From IMG/VR virus record IMGVR_UViG_3300021426_000007, positions 1 to 64,000 of that record: a DNA stretch of 64,000 nucleotides. One strand, written 5' to 3'. The position numbers and the translations under genes were made by a program. The DNA comes from a virus. Lineage: Duplodnaviria; Heunggongvirae; Uroviricota; Caudoviricetes. The notes under the pieces were generated by a model that saw nothing but the letters and a program-made list of their open reading frames with translations, made no database searches and was not told where the DNA came from. Within the stretch, counting starts at the first letter, position 1, and the number at the start of each line of letters is the position of its first letter. Of this stretch, positions 25,727-34,566 are shown piece after piece.

Positions 25727-27241
25727 ATGAATTCTGAACTAACTAACTTATATGCGGAACTGGCGCAGCGCGAACTGACGAAGAGATCGTTTGCGGATTA
25801 TCTGGCCATGGCTCAGGGACCGACTTGGAAGCGGACGCGGCTGAGTGAGTACCTTGCTAATGAGGTACAGAGGTTCGTTGAGACGCCGACGGAGAACGCG
25901 TACGACATCCTGGTGGTGGAGTGTCCTCCGCAGCACGGGAAAAGTACGACGATCACAGAGTCGTTCCCAAGCTGGTATCTCGGGAAGTATCCGACGAACA
26001 ACGTGATTATCGCATGCTACAACAAGGACTTCGCTGAGAGGTTCTGCCGTAGGAATAAAGAGAAGATCCGGGCGCTGGGCACGGACATCTTTGGAATAAA
26101 CATCGGGTCGATAGACAGAGCCGATGAGTTCGAGCTGGACAATGCTAAAGGGAGACTGATCTCCCGTGGTATCATGTCCGGCATTACCGGTAACCCGGCC
26201 AACCTGATCATCATCGATGACCCGGTTAAGAACATGCAGGAGGCCGACTCTCCTACGTACAGATCGAATGTATGGGAAGAGTGGCAGGCATCACTGAAGA
26301 CCCGTCTTGCGGCTAAGGCGAAGGTTGTTATCATCATGACGCCATGGCATGCGGACGATCTTGCTGCCAGAGTCCTTGCGAATGAACCAAACAGTAGACT
26401 GGTCCGTATTCCGGTTGAAGCGGAAGAGGATGACCTGCTTGGTCGTGAGGTAGGGGATGCGCTCTGCCCGGAGTTGGGTAAGGACAAGAAATGGATGCTG
26501 GACTTCAAGGAGTCCTACATCCATGACCCTCAGGGCGGTATGCGTTCATGGACAGCTCTTTATCAGTGCTCGCCTCGTATAGAGGAAGGTAATCTGGTCC
26601 AGAGAGACTGGTGGCGGTTCTACGATCCTGATGATAAGGAAATTATGTTCGGCTCCGAGATCATCTCTGTTGACGCGGCGTTTAAGTCAGCAGATACAAA
26701 TGACTATGTCGCTATTCAGGTATGGGGCAAACGAAGAAATGATTATTACCTGAGAGCGAGTTTTAATAAACACCTCGACTTCCCCCAGACTGTACAGATG
26801 CTCCGTACAGTCAAGGCGATGTATCCGAATGCTAGAGTGATACTGATCGAGGATAAGGCGAACGGTCCCGCGATTATCTCTACGCTACAGAGAGATCCGG
26901 ACATGTTCGTAATACCGGTTAATCCTTCCGGTGGTAAGGTCGCCCGTGTGAATGCGGTGAGTGCGGCCATCGAATCTGGTCACGTGTTTCTTCCTACACC
27001 TGAGAAAGCGTCGTGGGTGAACGAGTTTATCGACCAGTTTACATCATTCCCGAATGGGGCGCACGACGATATGGTTGACGCAGCGTCCCAGGCGTTACAT
27101 AGGATGATCTACTTCCGGGGCGAGTACGAAGAGTACAAACCCACGGAATACGAGATCGCGGCGAAGAAGGAAGAGACGGATTTCAATGATCCGGATGTGT
27201 TGTTTAATCCGTATGGAACTACGGACCAATTTTTCAGTTAA
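25727..27241 (+). CDS. terL: terminase large subunit
   Basis: Walker A CPPQHGKST, Walker B LIIIDD, C-terminal nuclease motifs DAAFK...GAHDDMVDAASQAL. Confidence 0.9.
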   Translation: MNSELTNLYAELAQRELTKRSFADYLAMAQGPTWKRTRLSEYLANEVQRFVETPTENAYDILVVECPPQHGKSTTITESFPSWYLGKYPTNNVIIACYNKDFAERFCRRNKEKIRALGTDIFGINIGSIDRADEFELDNAKGRLISRGIMSGITGNPANLIIIDDPVKNMQEADSPTYRSNVWEEWQASLKTRLAAKAKVVIIMTPWHADDLAARVLANEPNSRLVRIPVEAEEDDLLGREVGDALCPELGKDKKWMLDFKESYIHDPQGGMRSWTALYQCSPRIEEGNLVQRDWWRFYDPDDKEIMFGSEIISVDAAFKSADTNDYVAIQVWGKRRNDYYLRASFNKHLDFPQTVQMLRTVKAMYPNARVILIEDKANGPAIISTLQRDPDMFVIPVNPSGGKVARVNAVSAAIESGHVFLPTPEKASWVNEFIDQFTSFPNGAHDDMVDAASQALHRMIYFRGEYEEYKPTEYEIAAKKEETDFNDPDVLFNPYGTTDQFFS

Positions 27242-27255
27242 GGAGATTTACCGCT

Positions 27256-27846
27256 ATGGATGAAGAGAACAAGGGATTCGCAATCCCGTCGAATAGATCT
27301 ATGTTTGGTGAAGGAGATGTTTCCATTGAAGCTAGACCCCTTCCGCAGTCTGACGTATTTATGGCTTTTGGCAATGATGCCGGTGACAAGGCTGTGTTAC
27401 TTACCGCCGTAGAGACGGTCGGTGACGAAGTGCTTGAACGCCACGGCAGAACCGAAATGGAGAACTACGCCAAGACACTGATGGATACAGGGGAAGATCC
27501 GATGGAACTCCAGATCGGTAATACCTATGAAGGTGAGAACGCCCTGGCTGATGCAGAGGCTGAGGCTTTCAGACTGGATGAGGAATTCAATCCGGGTGAA
27601 GGAGCGTCTGACGGTGAGCTTGCAATGGCTGTTGACGCTGCCAAAGCTGACGTTAGCGGAGGTGCTGCTTCGGCTCCGGAAGAGCCTCCCTTTCCTGACG
27701 AGGGTGTGGGCGCAGACGAAGCTCTCGATGTACCGGATGTGGGCGCTGATGACGAAGCTGAAGATGAGGAACCTGAGGATCTCGGAGAACTCGAAGGTGA
27801 GCCGATGCTCGATCAGCTGAACACAAGGAAGAGACCGAGGGCATAA
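27256..27846 (+). CDS. acidic hypothetical protein (196 aa)
   Basis: ORF track; D/E-rich C-terminus. Confidence 0.45.
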   Translation: MDEENKGFAIPSNRSMFGEGDVSIEARPLPQSDVFMAFGNDAGDKAVLLTAVETVGDEVLERHGRTEMENYAKTLMDTGEDPMELQIGNTYEGENALADAEAEAFRLDEEFNPGEGASDGELAMAVDAAKADVSGGAASAPEEPPFPDEGVGADEALDVPDVGADDEAEDEEPEDLGELEGEPMLDQLNTRKRPRA

Positions 27847-28091
27847 TGGAACTAATAACCGGTTTGCTCGGCGCTGTTATCGGCGTCGGGCTTTTTATAT
27901 CAGGCTTCTGGTTCGGCAAGACAGTGTTCGAAACGAAGAAGCAGGTGGCATCCGTCTCTGAAGCGACAGAGGAAGAGATGGCCCAGATTCGTGAAGAGCG
28001 TGAGAAACTGATCTCTGACCAGAAAGCTTTCCGTGAGCTGATGTCCTATAACCCGGATATGGCTTACGGGCTGGTGGATAACAAGGAGTAG
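27846..28091 (+). CDS. small TM + coiled-coil protein (81 aa)
   Basis: ORF track; start overlaps preceding stop. Confidence 0.4.
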   Translation: MELITGLLGAVIGVGLFISGFWFGKTVFETKKQVASVSEATEEEMAQIREEREKLISDQKAFRELMSYNPDMAYGLVDNKE

Positions 28092-28102
28092 GTGATGACT
28101 GA

Positions 28103-30211
28103 TTGAGAGACGAGAAGAACAATATAACTGATCTCTGGAAGTACTATGAATCGGGCAGGTCCTATAACAATCAGCTCGTCCCTAACCAGTACCACCTGGT
28201 CAATACCAATACCGAGTTCTTCGCCGGTAACCAGTGGCTGCATATCAATGAGACGCCAGCGATGCAGCGCCTGGCTAGACCTACTTTCAATATCATAAAG
28301 CGTGTTACCAGTCTGTTCGTAGCTTCCCTGACGAGCTCGAATACGACCATTGCATTCGAGCCGTTGTCCTACTATGACGGCGACAATATGAAGGATCCTC
28401 AGAACAATGCAGCCGTGATTGCAACGGCTGAGGTACGGAACCTCTTTGAGAAATTCAAGATGGAGTACCGTATCCGTGAGGCACTGTTCGATGGCGCGGT
28501 AACTGGTGACTACTGTGCGCATTTCTATTGGAACCCCGATGCCATTCCTTACGGAGGGGCGTTCGGCTTACATAAGGGCGAGATCGAAATGGAACTGGTG
28601 GACGGCATCAACGTGATGTTCGGTAATCCGAATACACCGGATGTTGAGAGCCAGCCGTACATTCTGATCTTAGGAAGAGATACTGTCGAGAGTCTGAAAT
28701 GGGAGGCCAAGCAGTTCGCCAAGTCCGGCGAGAAGCGTGGCGGTAAGTCCGAGGACGATATCGTTATTGACAGTATGCTATCCGACTCTGAGTTCCAGTG
28801 GCAGATTGGTGTTGGCGGACGGACTGAGATCTCCCGTACTGACGATAAGACAGGGAAGGCTTTGTATGGAATTCTCTACACCAAGGTTACGGAAGAGAAG
28901 CCGGTCATTAATGAGGAGACCGGACTACAGGAGCAGGTTCAGGTACTGGATGAAAACGGTGATCCAATTCCCGATACGCTGGAGGACGGAACGCCAATTC
29001 TGACTCCGGAGGGTGAGCCTGTCTACAAGATGAAGGGCGCTACTAAGTTAGTTACGTCAGTCCACGTAACGAAGGCTACTAAGACGCGGATCATCTACGA
29101 GGATGTGGACACAGGCTTATCCAGGTATCCTATCGCGTGGGGGAACTGGGAGAAGCAGAAGAACCAGTATCACGGCAGAGCTCTGGTAACGGGCATTGTT
29201 CCCAACCAGATCTTCATTAACTCCATGATGGCTATGATCTTCCGGCACCTCCAGTTACAGAGCTTTCCGAAGACGATCTACAATGCGGATCTGATTGGTA
29301 ACTGGAATAACGAAGTAGGCGCGGCTATCGGTGTTCACAACATCCAGCCAGGTGCAGGGTTAAAGGACGTTGCTACAACCTTGCAGCCTGCGGACATGTC
29401 GAACCAGATCGTGATGTGTATTGACCGGGTTATGCAGTATACGAGGGATTGCCTCGGTGCTACGGACGCCCAGATGGGCAATGTCCGTCCGGATAATACG
29501 TCAGCGTTGATGGTTCTGCAATCGTCCGCAGAAGTGCCGTTAGAGAATACGAGGGCCGGTCTTCATGAGTGGATTGAGGACATAGGCGCGATTTTGCTGG
29601 ACATGATGGCTACTTACTACGGTAAGCGTCCCCTTGTCCGTGAGCGTTCCTTCGATGATCTGCCTACAGGGGCTGATGGGGCTCCGATGATCGATCCGAC
29701 GACCGGGCAGATGATGGTCCAGCAGGTGACCAGACGTGTTGTGGAAGAGTTCGATTTCACGCAGCTGAAGCGCCTGTGGTTTAACATTGATGCTCAGGTT
29801 GGTGCTACTACTTACTATTCCGAGATCGCTATGGTCCAGACGCTGGATAACCTCCGTCGTGACGGTACGCTGGAGATTATTGATTATCTGGAGCGTATTC
29901 CGGATAAGCTGATTCCTAGAAAGCAGGAGCTCATCGAGGCTATTAAGAAGCGTACAGCAGAAGTTGCCCAGCAGACAGCGGCTATGCAGCAGGCGGATCT
30001 TGCTCAGCAGGGTGGGATGATGCCAGGGCAGCAGGGGCCGCAGGTATCAAAGACGCCTCCGGTAGAGCTTCAGAACGCAGGCTTCCCGGCTATGGGTGGC
30101 CAAGTATCCGCCGAGAGGGCAATAAGTAATATGCCGACAAGTATTCAGGCTAAATACAACGACCTTCCGAGATCAGCGCAGAAAGCGTTAGTCCAGAAGG
30201 GTTCCATGTAG
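28103..30211 (+). CDS. portal protein (putative)
   Basis: 702-aa protein immediately after TerL and before scaffold/capsid genes; size and position typical of portal. Confidence 0.55.
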   Translation: MRDEKNNITDLWKYYESGRSYNNQLVPNQYHLVNTNTEFFAGNQWLHINETPAMQRLARPTFNIIKRVTSLFVASLTSSNTTIAFEPLSYYDGDNMKDPQNNAAVIATAEVRNLFEKFKMEYRIREALFDGAVTGDYCAHFYWNPDAIPYGGAFGLHKGEIEMELVDGINVMFGNPNTPDVESQPYILILGRDTVESLKWEAKQFAKSGEKRGGKSEDDIVIDSMLSDSEFQWQIGVGGRTEISRTDDKTGKALYGILYTKVTEEKPVINEETGLQEQVQVLDENGDPIPDTLEDGTPILTPEGEPVYKMKGATKLVTSVHVTKATKTRIIYEDVDTGLSRYPIAWGNWEKQKNQYHGRALVTGIVPNQIFINSMMAMIFRHLQLQSFPKTIYNADLIGNWNNEVGAAIGVHNIQPGAGLKDVATTLQPADMSNQIVMCIDRVMQYTRDCLGATDAQMGNVRPDNTSALMVLQSSAEVPLENTRAGLHEWIEDIGAILLDMMATYYGKRPLVRERSFDDLPTGADGAPMIDPTTGQMMVQQVTRRVVEEFDFTQLKRLWFNIDAQVGATTYYSEIAMVQTLDNLRRDGTLEIIDYLERIPDKLIPRKQELIEAIKKRTAEVAQQTAAMQQADLAQQGGMMPGQQGPQVSKTPPVELQNAGFPAMGGQVSAERAISNMPTSIQAKYNDLPRSAQKALVQKGSM

Positions 30212-30221
30212 GAGGATAAAT

Positions 30222-30383
30222 ATGGCCAGGAAAAAGAAAGTAGAAGAACCCGTAGAGGAAATCATCCAGCAGGATATCGCTGCTGAGGAAGCACCAGCTG
30301 AAGAGGTCGAGGTTGAGATCGGCCATTGGGTTGACAGTGTCGGCCCCTTCGGTAGGATCCAGGTCTTTGTAAAAGACAACTGA
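30222..30383 (+). CDS. small acidic protein (53 aa), not in ORF track
   Basis: GGAGGATAAAT-ATG; MARKKKVEEPVEEIIQQDIAAEEAPAEEVEVEIGHW... Confidence 0.3.
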   Translation: MARKKKVEEPVEEIIQQDIAAEEAPAEEVEVEIGHWVDSVGPFGRIQVFVKDN

Positions 30384-30421
30384 GATCGATTAAGGGGAAG
30401 TCCCCCTTTCGATAAATTAAT

Positions 30422-30455
30422 AAGGCAGTGAGTGGCAACCAACTCACTGCCTTAC
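30422..30455 (+). terminator. hairpin AAGGCAGTGAGT-TGGCAACCA-ACTCACTGCCTT
   Basis: 12-bp stem; follows portal + small ORF. Confidence 0.5.
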
Positions 30456-30688
30456 TTATTGCGGAATAGAGGAGTCAGTCAATCTCGCCAGTCTCATAAA
30501 CTGGAGTGCGTCGGGGCAGAGCCGACTTCCGCAACCAAATAGAAACTGCGACAGGTCAGTTGTAAGGGCCGGTCTACTCATCTGTAGTGCTGGCTCTAGT
30601 TATAACTGTTATTTAAAGCTATATCTCGGCTCACCATGCCGATAAAGATATAAATATCTCTTTCTCACCATGAAAGGAAAATTCATTT

Positions 30689-31654
30689 ATGGAAAATGAA
30701 AACGATCAGGTTCAATCCACGACTACTCAAGAAGATGCGATCCTTCCTGACGGCTGGGATGGTTCAACAGACTTCTTTGCTTGGGCGGCTGAAGGACAGA
30801 CGGCTGACGAGTCGTTAGAAGCAGCGTTCAACACGGAGGAAAGCGGAACGGAAGAATCAGAGGAGGCCCCCACCACGGGCGATGAGGCTGAAGAGAACGT
30901 AGAATCTGAGGCTGCAACGGAAGAGACTCCCACCACGGAGGAACAACCGGAGCCACAGCCTACCAAGATACGATTCGATGCGAACATCAATCATAAGGTG
31001 CAGAGCGTTGAAATCGATCAATCACAACTGCCGGAGATATACCAGAAGGCATATGCAGCGGATAAGTACCGGAACAAGCTCAACGCTAAGAACAAGACGA
31101 TGGACCATGCCGAAGTTGTTTCCAGAATTCTTGGATACGACAGCGTGGAGGCCATGCTTGATGCGGCAGAGAAGAGCTACGAGGACACAGAGATCCAAAG
31201 GCTTACGAATGAAAAGGTTCATCCGGATATTGCGAAGGACACTGTATCCCGAAAGATCCGAGAGATCAGGGACAATGTCGAGAAGAACCGGAAGCCAGCA
31301 CAGCCGGAACAGACTGAGGAAGCTACGCCTCAGCCGAATCCAGCTACTCGTGATTTTACGCCGGAGGTTCTTGAGTTACTCGAAGTGTATCCGGAAATGA
31401 AAAATCAGAGACTTCCTGACGAAGTTGTAGAGGCCGCCCACAGAGGCGAACGGGTACTCGCTGCGTATACGAAGTATGTCAAGAAGCAGGCTAAAGCCGA
31501 CACTGACCGACTCCAGAAGGAGAACAAAGTTTTAAAACAAAATGCGGAGGCGGCCAAACGCGCACCTGTCAGAGGCGTCGCGAAAGGCGGCGCAACGGAT
31601 GTAGGACCGGACGATCCCTTTATGAGAGGGTTTAATTCCTACAACTCAAAATAA
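30689..31654 (+). CDS. capsid scaffolding protein (putative)
   Basis: Acidic N-terminal half, helical/coiled-coil basic C-terminal half, directly upstream of major capsid gene. Confidence 0.5.
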   Translation: MENENDQVQSTTTQEDAILPDGWDGSTDFFAWAAEGQTADESLEAAFNTEESGTEESEEAPTTGDEAEENVESEAATEETPTTEEQPEPQPTKIRFDANINHKVQSVEIDQSQLPEIYQKAYAADKYRNKLNAKNKTMDHAEVVSRILGYDSVEAMLDAAEKSYEDTEIQRLTNEKVHPDIAKDTVSRKIREIRDNVEKNRKPAQPEQTEEATPQPNPATRDFTPEVLELLEVYPEMKNQRLPDEVVEAAHRGERVLAAYTKYVKKQAKADTDRLQKENKVLKQNAEAAKRAPVRGVAKGGATDVGPDDPFMRGFNSYNSK

Positions 31655-31711
31655 GTTCTGACAGTCGCGTGACTGTCGCTACCGCAGGACATAATAAAGG
31701 AGATTAACAAT

Positions 31712-32452
31712 ATGCCCGGTGGTATTAATTTAGCGAGCAAATATAGTCCTATCGTAGACGAAAGATGGACTTTTGATAGCCAAGCACAGCTCGCACTTGG
31801 CGCAAAATACGATTTTACTGGTGAAAAAACTGTCAAGGTGTACAGCATTCCTATTGCTGTGATGCACGACTACGTTCGTGGTGGCATGACTCGTTATGGC
31901 ACTCCGGATGATCTCACCAGAAATGTTCAGACCCTTACGGTGACTAATGACCGTTCCTTTACGTTCATCATCGATAAGGGCGATAAGCTGCAAAGCGAAA
32001 TGGTAAGCGATGCCGGTCAATCTTTGGCCCGCCAGCTCAAGGAAGTTGTTGTCCCTGAGTTCGATACCTATTGCTTTAAGGTTCTTGCCGAAGCCGCTCA
32101 GGCAGCTGGTGGCTATGCAACTACCGCAATCACTAAGGCTAATGCTTACGAGATGTTCCTCGCAGGTCAGGAGTACCTTGGTGAACACAATGTCCCCGAC
32201 GCAGGTCGTGTGGCATTCTGCACCTACAAATTCGCCAACTTCATGATGCAGGATCCTGCTTTTGTCAAGTATTCTGACAAGTCCCAGGATATGGTCATCA
32301 AGGGTATCCTTGGCGAAATCGATGGGTGCAAAATCGTTAAGGTTCCGTCCAACAGACTCCCGGCTGGTGCTGCATTCCTTATTGCACACTCCGATGCTGC
32401 TGTCGGCCCGAAACAGCTCGAGGATAGACACGATTGTCCTCTCGCGGCGTGA
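31712..32452 (+). CDS. major capsid protein, 5' exon (P22-coat-like), interrupted
   Basis: Only 246 aa before stop; continuation in another frame 1 kb downstream after a GIY-YIG gene; exact splice point not determined. Confidence 0.5.
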   Translation: MPGGINLASKYSPIVDERWTFDSQAQLALGAKYDFTGEKTVKVYSIPIAVMHDYVRGGMTRYGTPDDLTRNVQTLTVTNDRSFTFIIDKGDKLQSEMVSDAGQSLARQLKEVVVPEFDTYCFKVLAEAAQAAGGYATTAITKANAYEMFLAGQEYLGEHNVPDAGRVAFCTYKFANFMMQDPAFVKYSDKSQDMVIKGILGEIDGCKIVKVPSNRLPAGAAFLIAHSDAAVGPKQLEDRHDCPLAA

Positions 32453-33417
32453 TCCGCGATAAATAAACCGGGTAAAATCGGTAAAGGCTAAACTGCTTTA
32501 TAATTAATAGGAGACAGCTAATTGTATACAGTATATTGCCATACAAACAAGGTTAATGGGAAAAAGTATTTTGGAATAACTAATAGGACTCCGGAGAAGA
32601 GATGGGGTCCGAAAGGACATAGGTATTTAAAAAAGGCAAAGGGCCAATATGTTCATGCGGCCTTTGCAAATGCTATTCTGAAATACGGTTGGGATTCGTT
32701 CGAACACGAGATTCTTTTTGAGGGTTTATCTCTTGAGGAAGCTAACCAGAAGGAAATTGAATTGATCGCTCAGTATAAGACAAACATCGTCCGGTATGGA
32801 AATGACTACGGCTATAACATGACGGATGGCGGAGATGGCTGTACGGGCGGTTTTCATTATTCCGGGAAAGAGCATCCTATGTATGGAAAGCACCAGAGTG
32901 ATGAGGCTCGTAAAAAAATGCATGAGCACTGGAAAGAGTTCTACTCTGATCCTACACATTTCACTCACAAGGGCGAGAATGCTACTTTTTATGGGAAGCA
33001 TCACACAGAGGAGTCGAAGAAAAAGATAGGCGCGGCTAATAGTGGGGCGAACCACGGCTTAGCTAGAAGTGTCTTGTGTGTAGAAACAGGAGAGGTTTTC
33101 CCAACATTAAAGGCAGCGGCTGATGCCTGCGGCGGCTTTCCTTCCAATATAGGAAATGTGTGCCGTGGCAAACGACCGACGATGTATGGGTATCACTGGC
33201 GATATGCTGACGAAAAAGCAGCAAGCTAATACCGAGGTAAGCATAGGAATTAAATCGCCTATGACACCGTAACGCGTACCAGGTGGAACTACGAAAGTAG
33301 ATGGATAACCCTGGCAAGAGTATCCGGCTTCCTACTATTTATAGAGGAAGATGATGTACGCTGAACTTATGGGAAACCATAAGAGCTACAGGATAAAAAG
33401 CCTGTAGGATAACAATA
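32453..33417 (+). mobile_element. putative group I intron carrying a homing endonuclease gene
   Basis: Non-coding flanks with hairpins (CCAGG..CTACGAAAGTAG..CCTGG, CTACAGG-ATAAAAAGC-CTGTAG); frame changes between the capsid segments; boundaries approximate. Confidence 0.5.
32522..33229 (+). CDS. GIY-YIG homing endonuclease with NUMOD3 repeats
   Basis: VYCHTNKVNGKKYFGIT GIY-YIG core; two NUMOD3-like motifs HPMYGKHQSDEARKKM and TFYGKHHTEESKKKIG; own RBS TAGGAGA. Confidence 0.85.
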   Translation: MYTVYCHTNKVNGKKYFGITNRTPEKRWGPKGHRYLKKAKGQYVHAAFANAILKYGWDSFEHEILFEGLSLEEANQKEIELIAQYKTNIVRYGNDYGYNMTDGGDGCTGGFHYSGKEHPMYGKHQSDEARKKMHEHWKEFYSDPTHFTHKGENATFYGKHHTEESKKKIGAANSGANHGLARSVLCVETGEVFPTLKAAADACGGFPSNIGNVCRGKRPTMYGYHWRYADEKAAS

Positions 33418-33855
33418 TTGTATCGTATTCATGACGATCCCCCCGGAATCTCCGGTTGGCTCGTGGAAGGACGCACCATTTATGATTGCTTCGTTCTTAA
33501 CGAAAAGCGTCATGCTCTGTACTTCCATGGCGGACAGTCTGTATTTAAGACCCTCGAAGCCATGTCTGCTGCAACTGCCGTTGGTAAGACCACTCTTATT
33601 GTTAACGGCCGGCTGAATGCAACCGGCAACAAGTGGTACTACATGACCGCTGCTGCTGCATCCGGTCTGACCGCAATCACCTACGGCACTGCAATTACTA
33701 CCAGTGCATGGACCGAGATGAAGGACGCTTCCAACAACCCGATCAACTATGTCGAGATTACTCCGACCTCTGGTCATACTGTGGCCCGTATCGTCGAAGT
33801 CGATTCTGCCGACAAGCCGGTCGGCTTTGCGGATGTCATCCTGAACATCGGCTGA
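33418..33855 (+). CDS. major capsid protein, 3' exon
   Basis: Frame open from 33397; C-terminal capsid-like segment ...YVEITPTSGHTVARIVEVDSADKPVGFADVILNIG; listed TTG start is an ORF-finder artefact if spliced. Confidence 0.5.
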   Translation: MYRIHDDPPGISGWLVEGRTIYDCFVLNEKRHALYFHGGQSVFKTLEAMSAATAVGKTTLIVNGRLNATGNKWYYMTAAAASGLTAITYGTAITTSAWTEMKDASNNPINYVEITPTSGHTVARIVEVDSADKPVGFADVILNIG

Positions 33856-33918
33856 TAACCAAACTTATAGCGGGGATGTCAATAGCGGCATTCCCGCTAA
33901 TCTTTTAGTAGAGGAGAA

Positions 33919-34566
33919 GTGCAAATGACTTATGGTGAATTAAAGAGGAGAGTCCTCAATCTGATCTTCTCCTATTCAATAGCTGGGGACGAAATCGAAT
34001 TAACATATAACAACCAGGAAGACTACGTCAATCAGATACCGGGACTGCTGAATACCTGCCAGTCTTATATCTATCAGGTGAAGCATATTGAGGATTCCAT
34101 TAAACTGGAAGACCTTCAGATGGAAGAGCTGGATAATGACACTGTCCTGTACCATCTTCCGGACGACTGCCTAAAAGTTGTGCCTGGTTTAATTATACCC
34201 CGAGGACGGAGTCACGGAGATATCTTCCATCGCTTTACACGGTATAAGCTGTTTGGCGGTAATAAGATGCTGTGTCCGAAGGGACTTCCGGAAGGTACTA
34301 TACTGGAGTACCAGAAGAGAAGTGTTCCTGTTCCAGAGGGGGTCAAGGATAATTTCGTGCTGAAGAATCCGGATGAAGTGAATGATATCATTCCTTTCTA
34401 TATTGCAGCGTTTGTTGTGCTGTACGATGATCCGTTCCGGTACTCGGCACTTTACAATGAATTTGAAACTAGATTACAAAGGCTTATGCTGAATCCTGCA
34501 TACGTCGAGGATAACCATATTCAGGATGTGTACGGTGGATTCAGGGAGGGCTGGTGGTGGTACTAA
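33919..34566 (+). CDS. hypothetical virion protein (215 aa)
   Basis: ORF track; position after capsid gene. Confidence 0.45.
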   Translation: MQMTYGELKRRVLNLIFSYSIAGDEIELTYNNQEDYVNQIPGLLNTCQSYIYQVKHIEDSIKLEDLQMEELDNDTVLYHLPDDCLKVVPGLIIPRGRSHGDIFHRFTRYKLFGGNKMLCPKGLPEGTILEYQKRSVPVPEGVKDNFVLKNPDEVNDIIPFYIAAFVVLYDDPFRYSALYNEFETRLQRLMLNPAYVEDNHIQDVYGGFREGWWWY

